Origin: Nitrospirota bacterium
Lineage (GTDB): Bacteria > Nitrospirota > UBA9217
Direction: 5' to 3'
Length of the DNA: 64,000 nt
Assembly (NCBI GenBank): GCA_963790205.1
Contig: CAWBNQ010000005.1
Coordinates: 96,001 to 160,000, forward strand
Position 1 is the first letter of the stretch, and the number at the start of each line of letters is the position of its first letter. Below are positions 49,315 to 58,851 of the stretch, piece after piece. The notes under the pieces are model-generated. The model was not told where the DNA came from. It worked only from the letters and a program-made list of their open reading frames with translations, and did not search any database. The position numbers and the translations under genes were made by a program.

Positions 49315-50051
49315 AGTATCCTGCTGTCCAAATTAAATATCTGTCCCGACACATTGTTCATCCGGGACAGATGATGGATAAATTCCGCGACTTCCCGGGG
49401 GTCCGAGACCCGGTTCAAGGCATTTTCATGCAGCACCCGTTCGTGAATTGCGTCCGGTATACTTCCTCCCATTTCCGTGGGAAGGTGGCCGGGCAGCACG
49501 GCATTGACCTTGATATTGAACCCGCCCAATTCTCTGGCCGCCGCTTTTGTCAGGCCGATAAGGCCTGCTTTAGAGGCTGCATAAGGCGCCTGCCCTTCCC
49601 TTCCCTGGACTCCCACGATAGAGGATATATTGACAATATGCCCTTCCCATTGAGTGGACATGATCCGCGAAGCAGCGCGGATACAATGAAACGCGCCCGT
49701 AAGGTTCGTGTCCAGCACGCTGTCCCAGTCTTGTTCAGTCAGGCGAAGCATCAAACGGTCCTTCGTGATCCCGGCATTATTCACCAGGACATCGAGTGTC
49801 CCCCAACGCTTCGTCGTCTCGGCCATCATCGTTCCTGCTTCTTCGGCGATCCTGACATCAGCCCTGCATGATACGGCTTCGCCCCCGGCGCGGAGTATTT
49901 CGTCCACAACAGCAGCAGCCTCCCGGCCGTGAGACACATAGTTTACGACGACGCGATCGCCTGCTTTTCCGAACTTCAAGGCTATATTCCTGCCCAAGCC
50001 GCGCGCACCGCCGGTAACGATAACGACCCGTTTATGGTCCGAAAGGGGCAT
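49311..50051 (-). CDS. FabG-like 3-oxoacyl reductase (SDR)
   Basis: TGGARGLG, NNAGITKD and YAASKAG; lies inside the bio operon. Confidence 0.88.
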   Translation of the reverse strand: MPLSDHKRVVIVTGGARGLGRNIALKFGKAGDRVVVNYVSHGREAAAVVDEILRAGGEAVSCRADVRIAEEAGTMMAETTKRWGTLDVLVNNAGITKDRLMLRLTEQDWDSVLDTNLTGAFHCIRAASRIMSTQWEGHIVNISSIVGVQGREGQAPYAASKAGLIGLTKAAARELGGFNIKVNAVLPGHLPTEMGGSIPDAIHERVLHENALNRVSDPREVAEFIHHLSRMNNVSGQIFNLDSRIL

Positions 50052-50054
50052 TTC

Positions 50055-51212
50055 TTACAGATATCCTTCACGTTTCAGCCTGCCGAAGATATCGAGCGCT
50101 CTATCGATGTCTTCAGCAGTATGGGTTGCTGTTACCGTGGTCCTGATCCGCGCTGCGCCTTCGGGAACGGTCGGAGGCCGGATCGCCGCAGCGTAAATCC
50201 CGTATTCCAACAACTTTTCGCTGATTGTGAGCGCTTTTTCTGAGTCTCCGATCATTAACGGAACGATCGGAGTTCCCGTATCCGCAAGAGCAACCCCCAG
50301 GGAGAGGAGGCCCTGCACAAACCGCTCCCCGTTCTCCCGCAGTTTTTCACGGCGTTCCGGCTCGCGGTCAACGATATCGAGCGCGGCGATCGATGCAGCG
50401 CATACCATCGGCGGAAGAGCGGTGCTGAATATAAAACTTCTCGACCGGTTAACGAGATAATCGATCAGAGTCCTCCCGCCCGTTACGAAGGCTCCGAAGG
50501 AGCCGAGCGCTTTGCCGAGCGTGCCCATCTGGACGGGAACTTGGCCGGCCAGGCCGAAGTGTTCTGTGGTCCCTCTGCCGGTATCGCCGAGCACGCCCGT
50601 GGCATGGGCATCGTCCACCATGAGGAGCGCCCCGTATTTTTCAGCGAGGAAAACCAGCTCCGGGAGCGGCGCGATATCGCCATCCATGCTGAATACCCCG
50701 TCGGTAATAACCAGCGTGCGACGCGCAAAAAAGGTCTTTTTTAACAGGTCTTCAACATGCGCGACATCGCGGTGCCGGTACACTTTAACTTCCGCCTTAC
50801 TCAGACGACAGCCGTCGATGATACTCGCATGGTTCAGGCCGTCGCTCAGGATCACGTCTCCCTCTCCGGCAATGGCCGGAATAATGCCGGTATTCGCCGC
50901 GTAGCCGGAGTTGAATGCAAGGGCGGCTTCCGCGCCTTTGAACCGGGCGATTTTCTGCTCAAGTTCACGATGGAGCGCGCTTGTGCCGGTCACTAAACGC
51001 GATGCGCCTGAGCCGAACCCGTACCGCTCCATGGCAGCTGACGCCGCTTTGCGCAACGCGGGATGGCCCGCAAGGCCCAGATAGTCGTTCGAACACAGGA
51101 GGAGCAGTCTTTTACCGTTTATCGTTATGTACGGTCCGTCGTATGATTCTACGATAGTGAGACGCCTCAGGAGATGCCTCTTTTCTAATTGTAGTAGTTC
51201 CTGCTTGAACAT
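50055..51212 (-). CDS. bioF: 8-amino-7-oxononanoate synthase
   Basis: SNDYLGL, SGYAAN, NHASIIDG, DDAH, TLGKALG and IRPPTVP; start ATG 51212. Confidence 0.96.
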   Translation of the reverse strand: MFKQELLQLEKRHLLRRLTIVESYDGPYITINGKRLLLLCSNDYLGLAGHPALRKAASAAMERYGFGSGASRLVTGTSALHRELEQKIARFKGAEAALAFNSGYAANTGIIPAIAGEGDVILSDGLNHASIIDGCRLSKAEVKVYRHRDVAHVEDLLKKTFFARRTLVITDGVFSMDGDIAPLPELVFLAEKYGALLMVDDAHATGVLGDTGRGTTEHFGLAGQVPVQMGTLGKALGSFGAFVTGGRTLIDYLVNRSRSFIFSTALPPMVCAASIAALDIVDREPERREKLRENGERFVQGLLSLGVALADTGTPIVPLMIGDSEKALTISEKLLEYGIYAAAIRPPTVPEGAARIRTTVTATHTAEDIDRALDIFGRLKREGYL

Positions 51213-51235
51213 ACATACGTCCTTTTGACGGGAAG

Positions 51236-52060
51236 TCATCGAAGGCGCATTTGAGAGAAGTAGGTCTCGATATCAACGGCATCTCTGCACGTACCAACGG
51301 CGTTGATCAGCACGGCCTCGGCTTCAAGATAATGAAGCAAGATCGTCAGATCGAGTGCGTCACGTTTAACGAAAATCGCTCTGCCTCCCCTGTTGTCACC
51401 CATCTCTTTTAAATAGGGAAAACGGACATAGCCCGTTTTGATCGAGGCGGCATACCCGGCAGTATAGTCAGGATCGTCGGACCAGCACAGCTCCCCAATG
51501 ACGCCGGGCGCATGGACCACTTTTGTTGCAAGCGCCAACGCTTCTCGAATGCGAAAATGGGTGAGCCCTGACCCGGAAAACAAGCGGTCTGCCGCGACAC
51601 GCGCATCATCGGTCCAGTCAAACCTCGATGCGCGCACGCCGCGCTCCTGGTCCGGTTCGAGCCGCTCACCCGTCTCTGCGTCTACGATCATGGAGCCCCG
51701 CATATTTCCGCCCGAAGGAGCGGCGTTTCCGAGGATTCGGGCAATGGCGCTACCAACAGCTTTGTTCGAAACGCCCGCCCTGTGCAGCACCCGGGAAGCG
51801 TCAGATCTTCCCGTTTCCGGGTCCGCCGTATTTATCGTGACCACATCAAGGGCTGTCAGCGATCGCGGCGAAATGTTCCCAAGGTTTTCGATCTGGAGGG
51901 CGATCTGGTCCGGCGCCCGGTGTTTACTCATGGCGCGAGCAATGAGTCCATTCACGGTAACATTGATCGCATCGGAGGAGACGATACGTTCAGCGCCTGA
52001 GATATGCTTTTCACCGGCCGATGCCCGCATACGGACACTATAAAGGTCATCACGAGTCAT
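51236..52060 (-). CDS. bioW: 6-carboxyhexanoate--CoA (pimeloyl-CoA) ligase
   Basis: YSVRMRAS...HISGAER, MRG, RGVRA, EALALATKV and ELCWSDDPDY.GY. Confidence 0.9.
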   Translation of the reverse strand: MTRDDLYSVRMRASAGEKHISGAERIVSSDAINVTVNGLIARAMSKHRAPDQIALQIENLGNISPRSLTALDVVTINTADPETGRSDASRVLHRAGVSNKAVGSAIARILGNAAPSGGNMRGSMIVDAETGERLEPDQERGVRASRFDWTDDARVAADRLFSGSGLTHFRIREALALATKVVHAPGVIGELCWSDDPDYTAGYAASIKTGYVRFPYLKEMGDNRGGRAIFVKRDALDLTILLHYLEAEAVLINAVGTCRDAVDIETYFSQMRLR

Positions 52061-52063
52061 GGA

Positions 52064-53047
52064 TCAGATGCGAAGTCCGAGGTCGTGTATCATCTTGAGG
52101 TCGTCCTCGGGGTTCAGACCGGAGGTCGTAAGATAATTGCCGATCATAAAGCCGTTTGCGCCCGCGAAAAAAACAAGGGGATGGAGCTGCCCGAGCGCTG
52201 TCCCTCTGCCGGCGCAGACGCGAATTTCCTTCCCAGGCAGGATAAGCCTGAACAGGGCGATCGAGTGGAGCGCTTCGAGCGGGGTAATCGCCGTCACCTG
52301 TTCGAGCGGCGTACCCTTGATCGGCATAAGAAAATTGATCGGTACCGAGTCCACGTCCAGTTCGCGCAAAGTAAAGGCCATCTGGACCCGGTCTTCCATG
52401 TTCTCACCCAGGCCGAGGATGCCGCCGCTGCATACCGAGAGCCCGAGAGCGCGGGCCTGATGCAGGACTTCGAGCCGATCGTCGAAGGTATGGGTGGTAC
52501 AGATTCTGGGGAAGTAGTCCCTTGATGTCTCGATGTTATGGTGATAGCGATCGAGACCGGCGTCCTTCAAATAGGAAAGCTGCTCCCGGGTGAGCGTGCC
52601 GAGCGTCGCGCACGGGGCAAGTCCTATATCCCGGACCCGGTTGACGCCCTTCGCAATGTTTTTTAAATCATCGTGGGATTCGATGCCGCGGCCGCTCGTG
52701 ACGATGCAGAACCGCCGGGCGCCGTTTTTTTTGGCGCTTTCCGCCGCCTCGGACATCCGGTCAAGGGAAATCAGCGGGTACACGGGAGCGCCGGTGGCAT
52801 GATGGATGGACTGCGCGCAGTAGGAGCAGTCCTCACTGCACGCTCCGGACTTCGCGTTTACGATGGAACAGATATCCACGGTCGTGCCGCGGTAGTGTTG
52901 GCGGATTCCGGCGGCAGCGGCAAAAAGATCAACGAGGTCCGCACCCGGGGCAATGGAAAGTCTTCGTGCTTCACGATCGGTGATTGCACCGCCGTTGAAT
53001 ACCGTATCAACGGCCCGGGATAGCGTTTCTTTAAAGGTCGCTGTCAT
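52064..53047 (-). CDS. bioB: Biotin synthase
   Basis: NAKSGACSEDCSYCAQS, YHHNIETS, CSGGILGLGE and VPINFL; true start ATG 53047. Confidence 0.97.
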   Translation of the reverse strand: MTATFKETLSRAVDTVFNGGAITDREARRLSIAPGADLVDLFAAAAGIRQHYRGTTVDICSIVNAKSGACSEDCSYCAQSIHHATGAPVYPLISLDRMSEAAESAKKNGARRFCIVTSGRGIESHDDLKNIAKGVNRVRDIGLAPCATLGTLTREQLSYLKDAGLDRYHHNIETSRDYFPRICTTHTFDDRLEVLHQARALGLSVCSGGILGLGENMEDRVQMAFTLRELDVDSVPINFLMPIKGTPLEQVTAITPLEALHSIALFRLILPGKEIRVCAGRGTALGQLHPLVFFAGANGFMIGNYLTTSGLNPEDDLKMIHDLGLRI

Positions 53048-53075
53048 GGCATGGTTGTACCTGATGACAGGTGAA

Positions 53076-53108
53076 TTGTCAACTATTTTGTTGAGACAAG
53101 GTTTACAA
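53076..53108. promoter_or_regulatory. BirA biotin-repressor operator overlapping the bioB -35
   Basis: Minus strand TTGTAAACC-N15-AGTTGACAA; the proximal half contains TTGACA. Confidence 0.8.
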
Positions 53109-53227
53109 TCAGTTTCCATTGTAACACAGTCTTCGGAAGACAAGGGATGCTGAGACATGGCGCCTTCCAGGGGCCATGTCAATACTTCCCCGGGAAGAAA
53201 TGGCGGGAAAAGGGGCAGACAAGACAA

Positions 53228-54346
53228 TCAATCGAATATCTTATCGCAGGAATCGGCAAACGCGGAGTTTACCGCATTCAGTTCGCTCTTGATTTTTCGG
53301 ATCTCGCGACACTGGCTTCTCAGATGCGAGTCGATGTTCTCGCGGGTCACATGAAAACCGAAATCAGGAGGCACGGCGACCTTCGGCGCTCCCAGCATGG
53401 TTTTCAGCATCATGTCGCCTACCAGAAGGCGGAAATGGGACGATTCATAGTAGTAATAGTTATTCGTCGTTATGGAATTCAAACCGCTGAAATCATAATA
53501 CTCGGTGATTGCGGCAAGCTTCTTTTTAAAAGACGCGAACTGGCTCAAATTGGTATCGAGGTAGGTGGTTTTATGAATCGGGTTGATGAAGACGGTGAGG
53601 TTGATGCCCTTCCTCTTCGCAAGATCGACGATCTCCTTCATTGCCGCAAGGGCATTCGCGCTATTGTCTCCCACGCGATGGAACGGCTCTAAAAATCTCT
53701 TATCGTGAATATGCGCCTGCACATCGCGCTCGATCTCCTTATCAACGGCGGGAATGAGAATCCTTCCGGTGCCGTACATGTCAAAAAAGATGCGGTGTTC
53801 CTCCGGACTATTGCGTTTCGTGTAATTATGCCTGATATAATCCTCGAGTTCCGGAATGAATTTATCGAGTCTGAAAAAATATTCACCGTAAAAATTCAGG
53901 AGCTTCTTGCCGGAAACACCCGGATAAGGCTGGACCAGGAGGCTGGAGAGGTGCTGCTTGGGGTCGATGACGCCGGAAAATTCGTCAAGGCCTATCATGA
54001 GGTTCTTCATCGACACGCCGTTCTTCAACAGGAACCTGATGTTCGCGAGATGTTCTTCCGGTACGCCTTCCGCGTAGAACATATTGTAATAGCGGCCGTT
54101 GGTTATCTTTTCTTCATTTATGTAAGAGACCCGTGACGACCCGAAAATAAACGAGTCGAATTTATTTTTATTCTCAAGCAGGTATTTGATTTTAACGTAG
54201 TTCATGTTTGGCGGCATGACCTGGCGGGAAAAATTCGTCCGGAATATGCCGTAGGTATCCACAACGACGTTGACCGACACTACCGCGCCCACGATGATTA
54301 CAATCGACAGAAAAACCGATATTGTCCATTTCTTAGGGATGCTCAT
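53228..54346 (-). CDS. Membrane-anchored SGNH/AlgJ/DltD-like partner of the MBOAT
   Basis: N-terminal TM, IFGSSR and C-terminal YESSHF; follows the MBOAT gene. Confidence 0.55.
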   Translation of the reverse strand: MSIPKKWTISVFLSIVIIVGAVVSVNVVVDTYGIFRTNFSRQVMPPNMNYVKIKYLLENKNKFDSFIFGSSRVSYINEEKITNGRYYNMFYAEGVPEEHLANIRFLLKNGVSMKNLMIGLDEFSGVIDPKQHLSSLLVQPYPGVSGKKLLNFYGEYFFRLDKFIPELEDYIRHNYTKRNSPEEHRIFFDMYGTGRILIPAVDKEIERDVQAHIHDKRFLEPFHRVGDNSANALAAMKEIVDLAKRKGINLTVFINPIHKTTYLDTNLSQFASFKKKLAAITEYYDFSGLNSITTNNYYYYESSHFRLLVGDMMLKTMLGAPKVAVPPDFGFHVTRENIDSHLRSQCREIRKIKSELNAVNSAFADSCDKIFD

Positions 54347-54431
54347 GTGTTCCTCGTAAAAGCCTCCCGGGCAGCTTGGAAAAAAGTACTGCGCAACAAG
54401 GCTTTTCCCTTATAATATAAACAGTCGCTCG

Positions 54432-55874
54432 CTAGAAGTTAAAGTAGAGAAACTCCGTCACGCGATTCATGCCGAGCAGCGTGTAGACCGCCAGGAATAC
54501 GACGAATGCCGCGCTCTTCCAGTCCGGCTTGAACGTCTGTGACATTTCGTTCGAGTTCCTCGCGAAAACCGCGATCGCCGAAACCAGCGCGAGTATAATA
54601 AAAATGTTCTTATGAATATTCGCGTGTACCATGGAGCCGAAGGTGACGCCGAAGTTCCACAAGAGAGGTGAAAGCGAGACGCCGTTCAGTCCGCACATCC
54701 CCTTTAACACCCGCAGCGCGTCCCCCCACGTTTTCGCGCGGAAAAAGACCCATGCAACATTCACAAAGTTGATCGTAATAAACCAGGCGAAAAAGCGGGG
54801 CAAACGCATCCCCCATTTGTCCCAGAAACGGTGAACCACGGTCGCGGCGCCGTGAAGGAACCCCCAGAAGACGAACGTCCATCCCGCGCCGTGCCAAAGT
54901 CCTCCGACGAGAAAGGTCGCCATCAGGTTCACATAGGTCCTGAAGCTCCCCTTTCTGTTTCCGCCGAGAGGGATATAGATGTAATCCCGCAAAAAACGGC
55001 TGAGCGTCATGTGCCAGCGCCGCCAGAAATCCGTGATGTCCGCCGCCTTATAGGGGGAATTAAAATTGAACGGAAGCCGTATATTGAACAACAGTGAAGC
55101 GGCCAGGGCCATGTCGGTATAGGCGGAAAAATCGAAATAGAGCTGTAAGGTATAGGACAGGCTCGTGACCCATGCGTCCGCCAGGCTCAGGTTCGCTGAC
55201 GCGCCGAAGCCGGCATTCGCCACCCGCGAAAGCGAATCGGCGATAATTGCTTTTTTGAACAGCCCGATAAAGAAAAGGAACAAGGCAACCGACCAGTTCC
55301 TGTAATTCGTCACCTTGTTTCGCATGCTGGCGAACTGAGGCATCATTTCCTTGTGGTGGATGATCGGACCTGCCAGCAAATGGGGGAAAAAAGTGACGAA
55401 AAGCGCATAATTGAGAAAATCGTATTCCTTCGCGGTGCCGGCATACGTATCGACGAGGTAGGCAATCTGGGTGAACGTAAAAAAGCTGATTCCCAGCGGC
55501 AGGATGATTTTCTGAAACGCAAGATGAAGCCCGGTGAGCGAATTGATATTGCCGATGAAAAAATCGACATACTTGTAATAGCCCAGCAAAAGGACGTTCA
55601 CGACGATGCCGGCGAGCAGGACTGTTTTTTTCGTTCGTTCTTCCCCGCCGGACCTCGTGATTTTCGTGAGGGCGGTTCCGACGCCGAAATTGAAAAGAAT
55701 GCTGCCGATGATGAGCGCCAGATACCTGACGTCCCACCAGCTGTAGAAAAAAAGGGAGGCAAATACCAGCCAGACGGTAGCGGCCGTTGTGAGCCGCTGT
55801 TTGTTCAAGAAAACGTAAATGACCAGTGTCGCCGGCAAAAAGGCAAAAATAAATTCAAATGAATTAAAAAGCAC
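54432..55874 (-). CDS. MBOAT-family polysaccharide O-acyltransferase (AlgI-like)
   Basis: MLFNS, LPLGISFFTF, LYFDFS.Y.DMA, FWRRWHMTLS and GLWHGA. Confidence 0.93.
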   Translation of the reverse strand: MLFNSFEFIFAFLPATLVIYVFLNKQRLTTAATVWLVFASLFFYSWWDVRYLALIIGSILFNFGVGTALTKITRSGGEERTKKTVLLAGIVVNVLLLGYYKYVDFFIGNINSLTGLHLAFQKIILPLGISFFTFTQIAYLVDTYAGTAKEYDFLNYALFVTFFPHLLAGPIIHHKEMMPQFASMRNKVTNYRNWSVALFLFFIGLFKKAIIADSLSRVANAGFGASANLSLADAWVTSLSYTLQLYFDFSAYTDMALAASLLFNIRLPFNFNSPYKAADITDFWRRWHMTLSRFLRDYIYIPLGGNRKGSFRTYVNLMATFLVGGLWHGAGWTFVFWGFLHGAATVVHRFWDKWGMRLPRFFAWFITINFVNVAWVFFRAKTWGDALRVLKGMCGLNGVSLSPLLWNFGVTFGSMVHANIHKNIFIILALVSAIAVFARNSNEMSQTFKPDWKSAAFVVFLAVYTLLGMNRVTEFLYFNF

Positions 55875-57343
55875 TACAACCCTCGTTTATCGTTCTTCGA
55901 CTTCTCCTGCTGTTTATGCCCGCCGCCATTTATCTCCGCGATAATGGCCCGTACCTGCTCTTCCATGAACTGTCGGATGGTCGCGAGCGTGACCTCATTC
56001 TTTGCCTCGAAGCGCATGACGAGGACCGGCTGGGTATTCGATGCGCGGATGAGACCCCAACCGTCGTTGAATACCGCCCTCACGCCGTCAACCGTAATGA
56101 CCTCCTTCGGCGGCAGGGGCAGATCGTCCCGCAAAAAAAGCTCTCGCGCCTTCTCCACGACCCTGAATTTTATGGCATCCGCGCAATCGAACCGGATTTC
56201 GGGGGTATTGCAGGTTTTGGGCAGATCCGCGAGCAGCGTGCTGAGGGGCACGGCGGCCCCGCGTTCGGTCCTCGTTTTTCCGAGGATCTCAACTATTCTG
56301 CAGGCCGCGTAGACGGCGTCGTCGTAGCCAAGATATCGGTCGGCGAAAAAAAGATGTCCGCTCATCTCCCCTGCCATCGCGGCGTGGACCTCTTTCATCT
56401 TGGCCTTGATCAGGGAATGGCCGGTTTTCCACATGACGGCGTTCCCTCCACGGCTGCGGATGTCGTCGTACATGGTCTGCGAGCACTTGACCTCTGACAC
56501 GAAGGTCGCCCCCGGCCGTTCACGAAGAATGTCCCGGGAAAAAATGACCATGAGTTGGTCTCCCCAGAGGATATTTCCCCGTTCATCAACAACGCCGATC
56601 CGGTCCGAGTCCCCGTCGAACGAGATGCCGATATCGGCCCTCGTTTTTGCGACCGTTTCGATCAAAGCCTCCAGATTTTTCGGGATGGTCGGGTCCGGAT
56701 GATGGTTCGGGAACCTTCCGTCAGGCTCGGAAAAAAGCTCGATGACCTCGCACCCCATGCCCCGTATGAGCTCGGGCGCGGCCAGGCCCGCGGTCCCGTT
56801 TCCCGAGTCGAGAACGACCTTCAGAGGCGCGTGAGATACGACGCTGAATTGCTTTTTTAGATACTCGATGTAGTCCGGAAGGATGGAACGGTTTACGACC
56901 GTCCCCCTTCCCGCGCCTGAGGGCCTGTCAGGGGCTCCATCTGATTTTTCCATGATCTTTCGAAGGTTCTGAATTTCCTCGCCGTAGATCGTATCCTTGC
57001 CGACACAGAGCTTAAAGCCGTTGAACTCGGCGGGATTGTGGCTCCCCGTGATCATCACCCCGGCGCCCGGATTCAGATGAAAGAGCGAGAAGTAGAGCAC
57101 CGGCGTGGGACAGAGGCCGATGACCGTACTATTCATGCCGGCGGAGGAAAGTCCCCGCACGATATCGTCGCACAGGCGCGGCGAACTCATCCGCGCATCG
57201 TAGCCTACCGCGACCGTGTTAATGCCTTTTGGTTTTACATAGGCGGCGAACGCACGGCCCAAGGCTTCGATGACCGGAGAGGTAAGGTCGCGGTCAGCTA
57301 TGCCGCGGATGTCATATTCTCTGAATATCTCAGCGTTTATCAT
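55874..57343 (-). CDS. algC: Phosphomannomutase/phosphoglucomutase
   Basis: FREYDIRG, TGSHNP, DGDSDR, GEMSGH and RASNTQP. Confidence 0.93.
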   Translation of the reverse strand: MINAEIFREYDIRGIADRDLTSPVIEALGRAFAAYVKPKGINTVAVGYDARMSSPRLCDDIVRGLSSAGMNSTVIGLCPTPVLYFSLFHLNPGAGVMITGSHNPAEFNGFKLCVGKDTIYGEEIQNLRKIMEKSDGAPDRPSGAGRGTVVNRSILPDYIEYLKKQFSVVSHAPLKVVLDSGNGTAGLAAPELIRGMGCEVIELFSEPDGRFPNHHPDPTIPKNLEALIETVAKTRADIGISFDGDSDRIGVVDERGNILWGDQLMVIFSRDILRERPGATFVSEVKCSQTMYDDIRSRGGNAVMWKTGHSLIKAKMKEVHAAMAGEMSGHLFFADRYLGYDDAVYAACRIVEILGKTRTERGAAVPLSTLLADLPKTCNTPEIRFDCADAIKFRVVEKARELFLRDDLPLPPKEVITVDGVRAVFNDGWGLIRASNTQPVLVMRFEAKNEVTLATIRQFMEEQVRAIIAEINGGGHKQQEKSKNDKRGL

Positions 57344-58809
57344 ACTGTTTTCTTTGTAAGCGGGGGCAAGGGCTTCCGTTTGTCTTTTTCGTGCCTGTTA
57401 TAATCATCATCAAAGCGCACGATATCGTCCTCTTCGAGATACTCTCCATTCTGGACCTCGATGATCTGGAGCGGGATCCTGCCCCGGTTCTCGAGCCGGT
57501 GTTTCGTGGACATGGGGATGTAGGTGCTCTCGTTCGGATGCACATCGTATTCCTTGTCGCCGTTCGACACCCTTGCCGTGCCGGCCACAACAACCCAGTG
57601 TTCGCTCCGGTGATAGTGCAGCTGGTGGGACAGCTTTGCTCCCGGATTGATCTCGAGGCGCTTGATCTTGTAGCGGTCGCCGTCCTCAAGGATGGTATAG
57701 GACCCCCAGGGCCGATAGACGGTGCGGTGGGTCAGATGCTCTTCGGCCTTGCGTTTCTTAAGCTCGTCGACCACCTTTTTGACGTCCTGCGCCCTGTCCT
57801 TGCTGCAAACGAGCGTAGCGTCCGGGGTATCGACAACCACCGCGTCTTTGAGGCCGATGGTCGCCACCAGGCGCTTCTCCGCATAAACGATGGAATCCCG
57901 GCTGCCGATATCGATGACGTTTCCGATGATGACGTTGCCCGACGCATCCCTTTCGGAGACGTCGTCGAGCGCGGTCCAGCTTCCGACGTCCGACCATCCG
58001 ATGTCGGCCGGGATGACCGCCGCCCGGTCGGTCTTTTCCATCACCGCGTAATCGATGGAGATCGGGTCGAACTGTTTAAATACCGCCTTGATGACATCGG
58101 CCTCTTTGTCGGTGCCGATGCTCTTCCGGATCTCGCCGAGGCCTTTGTGCAGGGACGGCTGGTATTTTTTTATCTCGGCGAGGAGCGTTCCGGTCTTCCA
58201 GATGAAGATCCCGCTGTTCCAGTAATAATTCCCCTTCTTCAGGTACTCTTTCGCAGTGTCAATATCCGGTTTTTCAACAAATGCTTCGACTTTGTTTACG
58301 CCGTCGATGCCGGCCTCGGGACATTGTTCGCCGGACTTGATATACCCGTAACCCGTTTCAGGACGAGAGGGCTTGATCCCGAGCGTGACGAGATAGCCGT
58401 GACGGGCCGCTTCAACGGCCTTGCGGATCAGATTCAAAAATTCGTCGGTGTTCCGGATAAAATGGTCCGCGGCCAGCACCACCATGACGCTTTCGGGGTC
58501 AACTCGCTCCAGATGGAGCGCGGCCAGGCCCAGGGCCGGCGCCGTGTTTTTGGCCTCCGGTTCCAGAATAAAGTTATCGTCCCAGGAATTGCCGAACTTG
58601 GACGAGAGCTGGTAGTTGATCGATTCAGCGAGCGCCTGGTTGGTGACGATAAAAATGTCCCTGGTCCGCACGAGGGGCAGCACGCGGCCGACCGTCTCCC
58701 GTATGAGAGTGTCTTCACCGCCGATCTTCAGGAGCTGCTTCGGCATTTTTTCCCGGGACAGGGGCCAGAAACGCGTACCCGACCCGCCTGCCATGATGAC
58801 TGCGTACAT
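57340..58809 (-). CDS. manC: Mannose-1-phosphate guanylyltransferase / mannose-6-phosphate isomerase
   Basis: AGGSGTRFWPLSR, GYGYI, WNSG, SIDYAVME, RPWG and H..RSEHW cupin. Confidence 0.96.
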   Translation of the reverse strand: MYAVIMAGGSGTRFWPLSREKMPKQLLKIGGEDTLIRETVGRVLPLVRTRDIFIVTNQALAESINYQLSSKFGNSWDDNFILEPEAKNTAPALGLAALHLERVDPESVMVVLAADHFIRNTDEFLNLIRKAVEAARHGYLVTLGIKPSRPETGYGYIKSGEQCPEAGIDGVNKVEAFVEKPDIDTAKEYLKKGNYYWNSGIFIWKTGTLLAEIKKYQPSLHKGLGEIRKSIGTDKEADVIKAVFKQFDPISIDYAVMEKTDRAAVIPADIGWSDVGSWTALDDVSERDASGNVIIGNVIDIGSRDSIVYAEKRLVATIGLKDAVVVDTPDATLVCSKDRAQDVKKVVDELKKRKAEEHLTHRTVYRPWGSYTILEDGDRYKIKRLEINPGAKLSHQLHYHRSEHWVVVAGTARVSNGDKEYDVHPNESTYIPMSTKHRLENRGRIPLQIIEVQNGEYLEEDDIVRFDDDYNRHEKDKRKPLPPLTKKTV

Positions 58810-58851
58810 AAGTATGTCCTCCGGACAAGTTATTTGTTCACGAGCTCCGCA

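Noticed and set aside
53048..53227. ORF-track N-terminal extensions (bioB; also kdsA, rmlC, pgsA, miaB, both GT9s, roadblock, GGDEF, SAM hydrolase, 40283 ORF)
   Set aside because: The extensions overlap neighbouring genes or promoters/operators; downstream starts fit homology, SD sites or stop-start coupling.
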